Of a stretch of DNA of 64,000 bases, positions 12,451 through 26,000 are shown in pieces. This stretch comes from Bugula neritina (Eukaryota; Animalia; Bryozoa), in NCBI GenBank assembly GCA_964035545.1, contig OZ037770.1, forward strand, positions 3,070,662-3,134,661, written 5' to 3'. The position numbers and the translations under genes were made by a program. The notes under the pieces are model-generated. The model did not search any database and was not told where the DNA came from. It saw only the letters and a list, made by a program, of their open reading frames with translations. Position 1 is the first letter of the stretch, and every line of letters starts with the position of its first letter.

Positions 12451-13254
12451 AGCAATTACAAAGTTAGGAGAAAATATTGCATGTCTTCAACATTATTACA
12501 TGATAGTCAGTGAAAATGTTAAGCTTCAGAGAGACATTTGCTGAGCAAACTTTCTGCTGATAATTCTGATTGTAGAAGGAAGTAACATGACTACAATGTC
12601 TACATAATGTCTAATGAAAATGTATCAATGCCTTATATTTTTACTATAAAAACCTAAATCTCTCAGCTAAGCCTTTGCCTCAGCTATGCCCATTGGAAGG
12701 TAAACATCGCACAGGTAATAATGACACATGAGACAATCTATAGTCTATACAGAGATTTTAAAGTCTGAAATGTAGCTGCATATATAAACGTATATTATAT
12801 GCATATTATAACTAGAATAGTAAATATATACATCTACATATGAGATGAACAATATGACAGTAGATGATACATCCATCAAACTAACAGTGAAGAAAGGTGT
12901 TAAATAAAGAGTTTACTAATAGCTCACTCTATACACTATGAAAGGCATTAATTCACTTTAATGATCACCTAATAATGCTTATCAATTAACAAATAACTTC
13001 TCTCACTATTCACAAAATAATGGTTCAAGTTAGTTAAAACAGAGCTGTGTACTGTGTAGACTACAGTATGTAATAATTTACCAAATTTATGCCAGTTTAA
13101 ATGCCTTCTTTAAAAAAAATGTAGTGACTCAACTTTTTCAACTCACTTTTTTAAAAACTGTGATTCACTTTAATCAAATACTTAATATTGGTGAGGAATT
13201 TTTGAAGGTTTTGGATTATTTTATGCCAGTAAAAAAGTTTCATTTTCAATTATA

Positions 13255-16023
13255 GGTATTTGAGGATGATATTAAATATCAGGTCAAGTAGTGTGACAGG
13301 TGCTGGCAAGTGTGTTGTGATTCTGTATTTATATAGTGAGGCTGTGACAGGCAGGACCTTGTAGTAATGTGCTGATGGCAGGTGCTAGCAAGTGTTTTCT
13401 ATTTGGATGGTGTCTAAGAGTAGCAGTAGAATTACATACAGTAACTTTCACAAAAATATTATACATAATAATTAACAAACTCACACTTTCATATATTACA
13501 TGCAAAATTAAATCTATACCAACAAGTTGAATATAAACAATGCAGCTGCTTTAATAAAGTTATAATATATATGCTGACAACATATACCCCCTGTTCACAC
13601 ATTGCCGCAACAGCAAATTTCCGCCATCTTTAATAACATCCGCGCTAAATCGTACCACTGTATACGCTTCAGCGTTGATCAAGCAGTGCTTGATTAACGC
13701 CGCAGTTTATCTCATGTCACCATAAAATTTTAATACAAAGTCTAAACTCTGGTAACACCCACTTTATCTCAACTCTAATATTTATATTAACTAATAAAGG
13801 TGTCTGGCAAATGGTTAAATATCAGGAGTAAAATAGGGCAGCAAAAATAGCACAGGTAGTAATAGCACAAGTAATGATGGTGAAAACATGTGTTAAAATA
13901 AGTAAATTGGCAGACTTTCAATGTTAGAGTTTTGGGGTTTCGAGTTTGGACAAATTTAATGTGTGCCATTATACTACATGTGCCATTTTTATCCGAAATC
14001 CAAAATAATATAAATTAATACCTAGGTTTTAATTTTAAAGTATTAGGTGATGATAAAATACTGTAATATTGATTAGGGATTATAGGCATAACAAAATATT
14101 CCACTTGACAAACACTACAATTCTGGAAGATATGAGTATCTAATCAAAGACAATTTTTTTCCATAATAACGCATTTTAAACTTTTTATTATTATGCAAGA
14201 GTAGATGTTTTCATTAAACTTCGATTTTGTAAAAAAAACTTAAATAACCTCTTCATTAAAATTCTTTTTAAACATCTTCACCGGATTGAAATTCACCAAA
14301 TTTATTTTAATTAGTTGACAACTGAGTGACTAGTAAATATAATAAAACAAATGCAATAAACATGATAAATACTTTACTCATCTTAGTATAAAATAATAAC
14401 CATTATATTATTTTGAAATTATTATTAGATGGAAACTCCAGTTTTAAAAGAGATAACTTACCTTTGTGTAACTGATGGTGTGTTTATTTTAGGCAGTGAG
14501 TAACTTTGTGACAGGTGCTAGCAGGTGAGTTCTGTTGTGGTAGTGTCTAAGTGAACAAATAATAAATAAAAACAAAATAATGCTGAGATTTTGCAGTATT
14601 TTGGTTAAGAAACTAAATATAACTAATCAACATTCCTTAAAAATTTCGAAGGCTTCGGATTATTTTATGTCATTAAAGACTTCACTTTCGATGTATAAAA
14701 ACCTACTTACAGGTATTTGAGGAGGATATTTAGTATCAGCCTGAGCAGTGCGACAGGTGATAGCAGGTGTATTGTGATGCTGTATTTATATGGTGAGGCT
14801 GTGACAGGCATACTTTAGTAGTAAGGTAGTGATGGCAGGTGTCAACATGAAATTTCTGCTTGGGTGGTCTCTATAAAAATATATCAACATCTTGTATTTT
14901 TACTATAAAAACTGAAATATCTCAGCTAAACCCATGCCTCAGTTAAGCCCACACTATTCCTCATAATATTGGGCTTTATTTTGATCCTGATGCTTGTAAA
15001 CAAAACCATAGCAACAATCAGTAACTAATGTATTGATTATTTACGTGCTTATTAACATGAGCACAGATATTATCAGAAATATAATATTTGCTCAACAATT
15101 ACAAAGTTAGGAGCAAATATTGCAAGACTTCAACATTATTACATGATAGTGAAAATGTTTATCTTCAGAGAGACATTTGCTGAGCAAACTTTCTGCTGAT
15201 TGTAGAAGGAAATGTCTACATATATACAAGTGTTTGTAATCATAACCATAGCAACTATCAACTTACTATTAACAGTTTAAATGAGCATAACAACCACTGA
15301 GAGCTGGTTGCAACAAATGTTTCTAAACTGATTCGAATTTCAAAGAGTTAAATATAACCTGGATTTAACAAGAAATGTTATACAATTATTTAAATGCAAA
15401 AACCAACACTTGGATACAAAAATTTTGAATTGTAAACTAATAAAGTATAATGGAATAAATGAGCTGTAATTTTGATTTTTAAATTTTTAATTTTAGCCAC
15501 CTAAATATCTAAAACAAAACGAAATAAATAATTATATTTAAAACTCAAACAAAAAAAGATTACTTCTATTTTAGGCAGTGAGTAACTTTGTGACAGGTGA
15601 TAGCAGGTGAGTTATGTTGTGGTAGTGTCTAAATAATAGATAATAAATTAATGCTTAGATTTCAAAGTAATTGAGAAATATTCTAATACTAATTGATTAC
15701 AAATATAATTAAAATATTTAAGAAAAAGAATTACAAATTCGGAGGATATGTATATCTTATCAAGGACAAAATGATTTTATTGACAACTGCATACATCTTA
15801 AACTTTGTAGTATCAAAATACTCACTTTAAGAAAGAGAAACTTACTTTTAGAAAGTATAAATAGTGACTTTTTATTGGCAGTGAGAGGCTGTGTGACAGG
15901 TGATAGCAGGTGTGTCTTGGTGCTTTAGCAAGTATTTGTATGGTGAGGCTGTGACAGGCAGTCTTTTGTAGAAATGGGTGTATGGCAGGTGCTAGTAGGT
16001 GTCTTCTGCTTGGGTGGTGTGGC
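13255..16023 (-). other. Array of five duplicated exon-like non-coding modules upstream of the ankyrin-caspase gene (putative 5' UTR exons)
   Basis: Modules at 16023-15846, 15628-15564, 14870-14711, 14546-14462 and 13413-~13255 share TGACAGGTG(A/C)T(A/G)GCA(G/A)GTG (+ strand). All start at a minus-strand TAG acceptor; four end in GTAA donors. Confidence 0.5.
13799..14001. mobile_element. Unclassified MITE-like repeat (GGCACA/TGTGCC subterminal repeats, AACCC/GGGTT-rich core)
   Basis: Same family as 20807-21010, 21247-21500, 34914-35228 and 47124-47411. Confidence 0.6.
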
Positions 16024-18056
16024 CTACAAATAGCAGCATTACATTGCAAATGGGTCATTTTACTTAATTTAGTACACACTGGAGATCTCCAGCTTTTAGC
16101 TATTTTTCACAATATAGCTGCTAGTGTATATGGGTTTTGCCTAAAACTAGTAAAATATCAACAAACACGCCTAAATAATAAAGGTTCTTAATTTTGTGTG
16201 TGTGCCTGTGTGTGTGTGTGTGTGCGTGCGTATGTATATATATATATATATATATTGCATTATATATATTATATCTCAACTTATTATGCCGCAGTTTGGC
16301 ATGCAGTTACTGAATACTTGCACTAAATGCACAGTAGGTAGTTGCTTTCAAAAAAATTTTAAGAGAAAATATAGAGTAACTAAAGCAGAATTGATTTTTC
16401 AACTCAAGAACTAGAAAAAACAGGGTTTGATAAAATCACTTTTTCTAAATACACTAAAGAATAATTGACTTTCCTGGAATTAGAAGTAAATGAATGTTCA
16501 ATTCCCTGTGGAGTAGTTTTAAAACTATTTCAGGCATTAATAATTGGGCTATGTTACTTATGCATGTCCTTTGCCCATACAACTGGTAACTTTCAACTAC
16601 AATAATCTGAATTCAATTTACGGATTTAATAATTGCTGAAACCAAAGTATAAAAGTCTCAGCTCCTCTTTTATTATTACTTTTTAGACTAAGCACAACAT
16701 GACATGTAAACAATAGAAACTGCAGCACTCACCCCTACTCCCCCCTTCCCACTTGCATGCCGATAGGTTTTTAAATGGGTTGTTGCTACTTCGTACTTTC
16801 ACACACTGCTCATCTTGAATTAATGATAAATTAACCCACTGGATAACCATTTCAATGATACTAGTTTACATATTTATTGCATCCCAGCATAAATCTTTCA
16901 TTAATATAAAACATGAACACATGAAATGTGCGAGTTAATTGTGAGAAGTACTGTATGACTCATACATCAAATGACAAATAAATGTAAAAAAACATGTATT
17001 ATGGGTAGAAATTTATATTGATGTCTACGATACAGCCTACCAGATATGTACAAAACCACCTGAAAAAATTGGGTACAAAACGACTTGTGTACAAAATGAC
17101 CTGCACCCTTTGAAATATGCAAAACTAATTAACTCATTCTGACAATCACACACCATGACCATCACATCATCACGGTCACCACTTAGGACTTATCGCTTTT
17201 ATTTTATTTATAAACGAGTTACTGAAACTAAAAGCAAAAGGCAATAAAAAGAACGGCATAATTTATATTATTACTATTACTATTAGAGTTTATATTTATA
17301 TGATTATCAATATGCAGAAATTACACACACACTTACACTGATACTGAGAGAGTTACACAGATTCTGAAAGCTTCATTATCGATAATTTGCCTTTGATACT
17401 TTAATCACTAATCACAGTAACCCCTATCAGTATTAGTTAATGTAATTAATTTTTCAATAAGTTAATAATTTTGATTTAGTGATCTACTAACTAAAAATAA
17501 AAGTAAATCATATTCCTATTGATATCGATTAAAAGTAATAATAATTTAAATTAATCTTACAACTTAATACTTATAATATTAAATATGAGTTATAATCTTA
17601 ATTTATAATATTAACTATTAAGTATCATGTAATTGTATGGTAATACTAATATAAGTATCATGATGATAATGAAATTGAATAGTAATACACCTAAAAATTA
17701 TAAAGGGACAAGCCCAAAGACAAAAGATAGGGTGAGGGTTAACTTACCAAATAGAATTATCAATACTATAATTATTGAATTTCAATTTGAATATAAAATT
17801 AGCCAACACTAACTCTGAGAGTGAGAGCCGAGAGGTTTAACAGTTGAAAACTTTGCTCTTAATTTCAGCCTTAACCCATTATAATTTTGTATCTTTCACA
17901 AAGATAGTGAAAATAACGGCAAACAATAATAACTGCTTAACTTTATACTTGACAAGATAACTGATGGAGACTTTCCTATCCTTTGCACAAATTGAAATAC
18001 ACTCTAGGCCTAGCAAGTAATAATGAATACCAAATGAGGGCGGTGGTTTTGGACTT

Positions 18057-18366
18057 GTTCTATAAGCAGCTTCAAGTTCGGAGCTTTTAGCTCGAGATTC
18101 CTAAGTTTGAAAAAAGTACCCTGACCCTGAACTTGAGAACTATAAGCTAAAGTAGTACTTCACCCCAAACTTGAAGCTGCTTATAAAACAATTTGAGGAT
18201 TTGAGTTTCTAGGAAAAATGGTTCTATAGGCAGCTCCAAGTTGGTGGGGAATAAAGGAAGCAGGTCGGGGGCGCCTAATATTTGAAGTTATGTCCCCAAC
18301 TTTGAACTTGAGAACTCCAAACTACCGCAATCATTCACCACCAACTTGGAGCTGCTTATAGAACCA
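18057..18366. mobile_element. Two adjacent copies of a short MITE (TIR GTTCTATAAGCAGCT...AGCTGCTTATAGAAC)
   Basis: Copies at ~18057-18189 and ~18219-18366; a third at ~35519-35681. Confidence 0.7.
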
Positions 18367-18719
18367 ATCTTTTAAAAATCATGCTTACTTAAAATTAGCC
18401 TAAGAGTAACCATAGCATACACAGGTAAGTTTTTGAGGTAAGCCCTCACTACTCCTAAAGATCTCGCTCATGCATGCTTCAAAATGAATAGCGAGCTAGT
18501 TGTCTTCCATTTTTAAATAAGCTCTGCAGTCAGATGACTGTGTCTATTGAATATCACGTTGATTAATTAATTAATTTATTAATTATAGTTTAACCATAGG
18601 TCTGTGCTGCATAAAGTTTGACTATTATAGTTCACTAGCCATTGAAAGAATTTAAGTGGGATACGTTAAAATACCATGCTACATCTATTTCAATGTTACA
18701 AGCAGTGTAAGTAAGCACT

Positions 18720-19018
18720 ACTAGACCTACTCCTAGTACTACTAGTACTACTACTACTACTAGTAGTAGTAGTAGTAGTAGTACTAGTAGTGTTACTTCT
18801 ACTTCTAGTGCTTTAAAATTAATACTACTACTACTATTACTACTACTACTACTATTACTACTACTACTATTACTACTACTACTACTACTAGTACTACTAC
18901 TACTACTACTAGTACTAGTAGTAGTAGTACTACTACTACTACGTCTACTACTACTACTACTATTACTACTACTACTACTACCACTACCGGTACTAGTACT
19001 ACTACTAGTATTACTATT
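18720..19018. repeat. (TAC)n/(TAG)n microsatellite with orientation switches
   Basis: Direct reading. Confidence 0.95.
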
Positions 19019-20045
19019 AAGTATTAGCCTTTGGCTTCAGCCTTAGGTCTAGTAGAATAAGGATAGAAAATCAAATATTTAAATTTAATTTTTTTTCCTG
19101 AAAGTTTTAATGAGAATTTTTGTTCTCCCAAATTGAATAGTGAAATACCAATAAGTATAACTATAAGTATTATAATTAACTATTAAGTTATGCTAGTAAT
19201 AATAACTAATATGTTTAGATGATTTTATCTTTTGTATTTTTTATACTCATACTGGTAGTGATACTCATACCGATAGTGAATCAAAATGTGATAATCAATA
19301 AGCTTAAAGTTAGTCAATACTCATACTCATAGTCATACTGATAGTGACTATCAGTGATCGCGATAGTCAAACCCAAATTTAATGACATTCTCACTGACGC
19401 TAATAGTAATACTCATACTGCCCATTGAAACCACCAGTATCAGATATCAGTATCATACTGATAGTAGTAATAATGATAATTGTTTATATTAAATTATAAT
19501 CACTCGAACTCCTAATTTTCAGAAAACACTCAAGTATCAAGGTACACGGTACTGGTACATTTGACATTGATAAACTAAATATTAGAAGGATAACTATAAG
19601 TGTTTTTGGAAAAAGACAGGAACGTTTTAATATAATTTTGATACTAATGTCTAATAGTAATAGTTGCAATCGACATCAATACTCAAAATCTGAAAGTTAA
19701 ATTTGAGCATAAAGAGTTAAAGTTAACCATAATCATAATGATACAAGTAATGTGTGTAAATTCATTTCAAATAAAATGTCAATATGAATAAAATGAATAT
19801 TAATATCAAGTTTAATAAAACCTCAACATGGCTATCAATATAAGTACCAAAGCTAAGTTAAAATAAGGTCAACTTTGGTGCACAACTTGATCATCTTCCA
19901 CTATCGTGTCTTGATCAGGGTCAATAACCTGTGCATGTAATTAATTACCATTACATGCTAATGTAATTAGGTCCAACTACAATTACTTTTGTTCCCACAA
20001 AAGATACATAGAAGTTATACAATCTCACTTCTAGGGTCCGACTAC

Positions 20046-22169
20046 CAGGGTTGGGGTAATTCTAATTTGTAATTGTAATTGGTTGTAATTAATTACATTT
20101 TTTCAAGTAATTGAATGCAATTTGTAATTAATGAATAAAAATGTAATTGTAATTAATTACATTGCTAATGTAATTGATTTTTATAATTACATGTCAATTA
20201 CTTCAAACTTTAAAATCTTAAAAATTTCCTTCTTTTCCTACCATGCATATCATTAAATAACAAGTTCAGATTAGGTCTAGGTCAGTGGTTCCAAACCTGG
20301 GGGAAATTCCCCCTAGGGGGGGAATTTGGACATTTTAGGGGGAATTTGAATTTTGAAAAGTTCACGCAATTTGTTAATGGCTTTTTGAGCTCTTGCGAGT
20401 TACATGTATATGCATATTTATAAATCTTCATCTTAGTTCATCTATTTAACCAAACCATATTTTGCAATCTCAGTTTATTTCTACATGAATGTGTTTATTA
20501 ATTACTCTACCCTAACTGTTCTCTGTGCTATTTCCAATGGAGGTCAAAAAATTTTCAAAACCCGACAGGCCAACTTTTAGCAGCCATGCAGTCAATTTCT
20601 ATGAATTGTATACTACATACCTAGTGGACATATTTGCTACATTAAATAATCTGAACCTAAAAATGCAGGAGTGCAATCATCATACCGTTGCTTTTCTTTA
20701 GCAGCAGCAATGTTTTTAGAGTTACACTAAAGTAGTACTGTTTCTCTCAAAAACATGGTGTCTTTCCCCACACTCAATGAACTTTTATAGGAAAAGAGCC
20801 TGTTTCGATTTTAGGCAAAAATGGCACAGGTAAAAAACGCACACTGGTGTTAAATTTTCCCAAACCTCCAAACTCCCCATTCAGAATGCCTAACCCCTAA
20901 CTCAAATCCTCAATGCTAAAGTTAAAAATGTTCCATTTTTACGTAATTTTCCATTTGTGCCAACATTACCTATAATGCTATTTTTACCTGTGCCACTTTT
21001 ACCGGACATCACCTGTTCCAGATCATTTTTCAAAAAAACTTCTTGGTATCTTTGAACTTTTAATGAGGTTTTAACAGTATTTCTCTGAGCTACCTCCCAA
21101 AAAGAAAGAGGTAGATTCTCGACTTGAAATGTGACCTATTGCAATGCTTTGTTGAAAATTTTTTAGAGGAATTGCAGGGGGATTTCATTGAGTTGGTTCA
21201 CCATTCAGCTATGATTTGAAATCTTCTCCAATTGATGGATTGTGGGTGGTGTCCAGTAGAAATGGTACAGGTAATAATGGCACAAATGGAAAAGTAGGTA
21301 AAAATGACACATGTTTTCAATGTTGAGGTGGGGGTTTGGAGTTTGAAAAAGGAGTTTGAGATAAGGATTTTAAGTTTGTACTTGGGTTTCTAGAGTTTGG
21401 GGGCGGGGGTTTGAGTTAGGGGGTGGGGGTTTGGGTTCAAGGGTTGGAAGTTTGAGCTTGGAAAAATCTAACATCAGTTTGCCATTTTTACCTAAAGTCA
21501 TTCTGGGTTTCAGCAAGCAAACTCTTCTCACACATAGCTGACAAAACAGAGTTTTGGTGCTATCAAGCACCACCTATCTGTGTGAGGTAGGATTCTCACC
21601 AATTCAAAGAGAAGAGAAACTGCCTTAACAGGCAGAGTGACTTAAGATGGGCCTGGTCATAAACAGAGTCAGGCATAAGCAAGCTGGCACGAAAGCATCA
21701 ACTGAAGCCATAAAATTAATAATTGGACTGCTCTGTTTTTTATAACATAAAAATAATATTACTATTATGGTGATTAAATTATATGCAAATATAAAAGAAC
21801 AAAATATATTGCATTGTATCATATATTCTCATTCAGTAAAATCTTTTCGCTCTTCGAGAATGGGGGGATTAATAGTTAGCATTTGTGAAAAGATTGGGAA
21901 CCACTGGTCTAGGTAGTATAGCATCACTGTTGAGAACAAAGGAGGTTCACCCCTGTCAAAATTGCCCCTGGTATTTGGACACTATAAGTGAGCTTGCATA
22001 ACTTCTATTTGTTGCTTGTAAGAACAAAAGTAATTGTAATTGTAGTTAATTACATTGCCTTGTAATTGTAATTGATTACATTACTTTTTGTCTGTAATTA
22101 TAATTGTAATTGAAAAATTCCCATCTAATTGTAATTAATTACATTCACATGTAACTGACTCCAACCCTG
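20046..22169 (+). mobile_element. Second copy of the same hAT family, inserted in opposite orientation
   Basis: TIR CAGGGTTGG...CCAACCCTG; perfect 8-bp TSD CCGACTAC at 20038-45 and 22170-77; GTAATT subterminal repeats. Confidence 0.9.
20283..21906 (+). mobile_element. Decayed Buster/Charlie-type hAT transposon with transposase remnants
   Basis: TIR CAGTGGTTCC...GGAACCACTG; perfect TSD GTCTAGGT (NNNTANNN). Remnants YLVDIFATLNNLNLKMQ (20618-20668) and hAT dimerisation motif TTYLCEVGFS (21569-21598). Confidence 0.9.
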
Positions 22170-22574
22170 CCGACTACTGTGGTGAACCTCCTTTGTTCTC
22201 AACAGTGATACTATACTACCTTGACTTAATCTAAACTTGTTATATAACAGTAGGCATGGTAGGAAAAGCATGCAAATTTTTAGATTTAAAAGTTTGAAGT
22301 AATTTGACGTGTAATTATAAAGTAATTGCAAAAATCAATTACATTAGATATGTAATTAATTACTATTACAATTACATTTTTATACATCAATTACAAATTA
22401 CATTCAATTACTTAAAAAAATATAATTAATTATGACCAATTACAATTACAATTACCTCAACCCTGGTCTTTATTGTGTTTTTTTTGCCTGGTTCCAAATT
22501 CTATCAAAATTGTTCATCTTACCTGATCACTTGCATCATTTTGGTCTAGATCTAGCCAGCAAAGGTCAGCATGG

Positions 22575-22652
22575 ATTATGTCACTACACCCCTGTTTTGG
22601 ATTATGTCACTACACCCCTGTTTTGGATTATGTCACTACACCCCTGTTTTGG
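22575..22652. repeat. 3 x 26-bp tandem repeat (GGATTATGTCACTACACCCCTGTTTT)
   Basis: Direct reading. Confidence 0.9.
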
Positions 22653-23095
22653 TCGTCCACGTTCTCTGTTTGCCTGCACCCTCATCTTATACATTCTCCT
22701 AATGTCTTCACTTCTCACTTTTTTTCCTCATTTTGTCTCTGACATAATTTTTGCTACTGCCGTTCTTTCTTCATTTCTTTGGATTTTTTGTGATGTTGGT
22801 CCAAGACTCAACTTGGGTTCTAAATCATTTAATTCAATTCTCAGTTTTATTAGTATTACCAAATAAATTTGTGATTTCTTCATTTAATATCATTGTAGTA
22901 AATACTGCTCCCAATTAATTCAGCTATCAATTTTGTAAATTTCATATTGTTGTGATTTTGTAATTCTACATTTTCTGTCTCTCAACTATGTTTTCAAGCA
23001 TTTGGCTCCACCCATTGTAATAAGAGGATTGCTCAAGCATTATGACCATCAGCAAAAATCCACACATACTATTCTTCAAACATGCATCTTTCAAT

Positions 23096-26000
23096 AGACG
23101 ATGTATGTTTGGTACAATTAGTACCTTGTACTAAATCTAAAACACTCACCACTATAACTTATATAAACTTCTGCAAGTTCAAATGCAAAATGCATACTTC
23201 TAGAAAATAGCTGTGCAACTTTTATTACATGCATTATTTTATTTCATATCTTAACTTTATGAACCATGAGTTCATTTTTCAAAATGTTTAAATTAAATGC
23301 TTAAAAAATGCATTTAAAAAATGTATTCCTGCAAAAATGCCCTGGAGCAGCTTGACCACAACCCCAGCTGTTCTGGCAAAACACATTTAATGGTTTTTTT
23401 ATTGACATAGTGGTGAATGAGCTAGTTGTTTTTGGCAGTTGAATATAGCCACGTTGCAGGCAATTTTATACGATTCTGATTGGCTGGACTCTACATGACC
23501 AGCTAATGATTGTATCTGATAGGCCTAATAATGCATTTGTCTTTGAAAATGTAGAGTTTTATATGAGTTATAGTGGTGATATTTTAGAGTTGGTACACGC
23601 CCCTTTTTGGTTGAGTTTTATAGTCTGATCATGCTGTAGTCATCTACAACACTTGAGTGTATGGGGAAATTATTAGTATTACGAAATCTGTTTTGGCTTA
23701 CTTTGCTATGCCAGTTTTCTGACTTGGTTTGTAAGCAACTATGTAGGCAGTTATAACTTAGGATGATTTCATCAAAGGTAGACATTACTTAGGCCTTAGA
23801 ACATCAAATCAACCAGTGCTGTTACTTGGTTGTATTGTAAAGCATTATCGAGAGCATAGCGCACTAGCACAGTCACTGAGCTGCAATGGCAGTGCATGCT
23901 ACACCAAACTTATCAGTTCTATTATAATATCTTATGTAAGGCACGTAAAACACTAGGCTAGTCTCTGTTAGTATGTAAAGTAGTAGCACAGTTACAGCAG
24001 TCACACCACTCCTCTCTATCCTGTCTACCAAGCACAGAGGTTGCAATAATGATAATCATTTCATGGTTTAGTTTTAAATCCATGCATACTACTAAATACA
24101 TTCTCATAGTCTGGTTACTTTGTGTGCTTCAGTTTACTTTGATGTACTTATTCAAAAAATTGTTTCACCTAGCATTTTGTCAACAGTTGTTAACAACAGA
24201 CAATGCATGTAGACTTTTATCTATATATGTGTGAGTTCGCGAGCTTTCTTTCGGCTCTCTTAGTTGAAATCTATATATTATTATGAATTAAAAGCATTTA
24301 CATTTGTATAATATCTTCAGATCATATTTGACCTAGTCTTGTATTAACTATTTATTTATTAAAATAAGGCTTGGTATAAAATAATAAGTTTCAAAACAAA
24401 TGAAATAGTTAATGTATATAAACAAAATATGCATATATTTGTATTAAATCAGTGGCAGTCATACAAAACCTCAGTCCAAAATGAAGATCAAGGAAAGACC
24501 TACTTTCAGTATTTTAACTTTCACTCCATTTTTGCTGCAGCTAAAGGCTTTGTTTCTATTTCTGAAAAACAGGTCTGCTTTTTTGAAGGCTCCTCAGTTT
24601 GATTATGCTGCAGCCAAAATGCTGGGCTGAGATAATCGTTAAAAAATCTGGACAGTTTGATGAACATGGTTTCTGTGAATCTCAAGTCATGTGTTATGCG
24701 TTGAGTTACACTTCCCCTAACAGTAAATACAAAAAAATCACAATATAAATTGATTGCTAACCTTCGAATCCACGTTGAAAGAGCAATAAAACGAGTAAAG
24801 GAATTTAATATTTTAAATGGTCCTGGGGGTGTAAGCTTACTGTTGACACCGCTTTTAGATAAAGTAATGATAGTCTGCTGTGCTCTCTGTAATCTGCAGC
24901 CACCTTTGGTAGCCGATGAAGTGTAGCACTTTTATAATAATATTCTTCTTGATGTGCTATTGTATATAACGTATGTGCTATACCACTATGCTTTATAAAT
25001 AAAAGTCTGATATTATTATACTTTTGTCATATCTGCTTATCTCAATGATTGTTGAGAAGGATTTTGGGTGAAAGTAAATGGCAGCTCAGACTTGATACTC
25101 ATTTTATAAAATGCTAACTTATGCATAAATAATATTCTGTTAGTACCAATATTGTATGCAGTCAGCGTTGAAATATAATGCCTTCGTTTTGATGGAATCG
25201 ACATTTTCTCTGTAGCTATCATGTTGCATCACACAATATGAAAAAATATTCAAGCCCAATGTTTAATGACCGTTTATTCTAACATTCCAAATTATTAGGA
25301 GAAAGCCTTTGTATTTTACCCAACTGACTAAAAGATGTATTGGAAACTCATTAGTAAAGTTGTTGATGTTATTGCATTAGCTTCAGAGCTAAGTACAGAT
25401 GTTTCATCCAGCAATGACTTGAGACTGAGAAGTTCAACTTTAATATCACTTATACAAACGTGGCGAATTGCATAAAACATTACTTCACAGTTAAAAGAAA
25501 CTAAACTATATTGTCCCATGGCTGATGTCATTACATTTGTAGAATAATCATACTGTTTAGCTAAGTAAATCGTATACAAGAAAGGGTTATCAACATGGTA
25601 CCATGGTGATAATACCAACTAACAATATAGACCCACATGCAAGGCACTACATGCTAATACTCATTTTTATACAAAATGTCTACATTATCTATTGCTAATA
25701 CCTGTGCATTTAAACTCAATGCAGATGAATATGTGACGGAGTAAAAAAATGCTGTTCTACAAATTTAAAATAAAATAGTATTGGGTACACAAGCAAATAA
25801 TTTATGGCTATAGCTAGGCTAATGCATTTGTAATGAGCTTGTGAAATAATTTTTTGAATAAGTACATCAAAGTAAACTGAAGCACACAAAGTAACCAGAC
25901 TATGAGAATGTATTTAGTAGTATGCATGGATTTAAAACTAAACCATGAAATGATTATCATTATTGCAACCTCTGTGCTTGGTAGACAGGATAGAGAGGAG

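Larger units (their letters stand above)
19916..22465 (-). mobile_element. Outer (oldest) non-autonomous hAT element, interrupted by nested insertions
   Basis: Ends CAGGGT.../...AACCCTG; TSD GTCTTGAT (19908-15) vs GTCTTTAT (22466-73). Its two halves are reverse-complement homologous to the inner copy. Confidence 0.75.
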
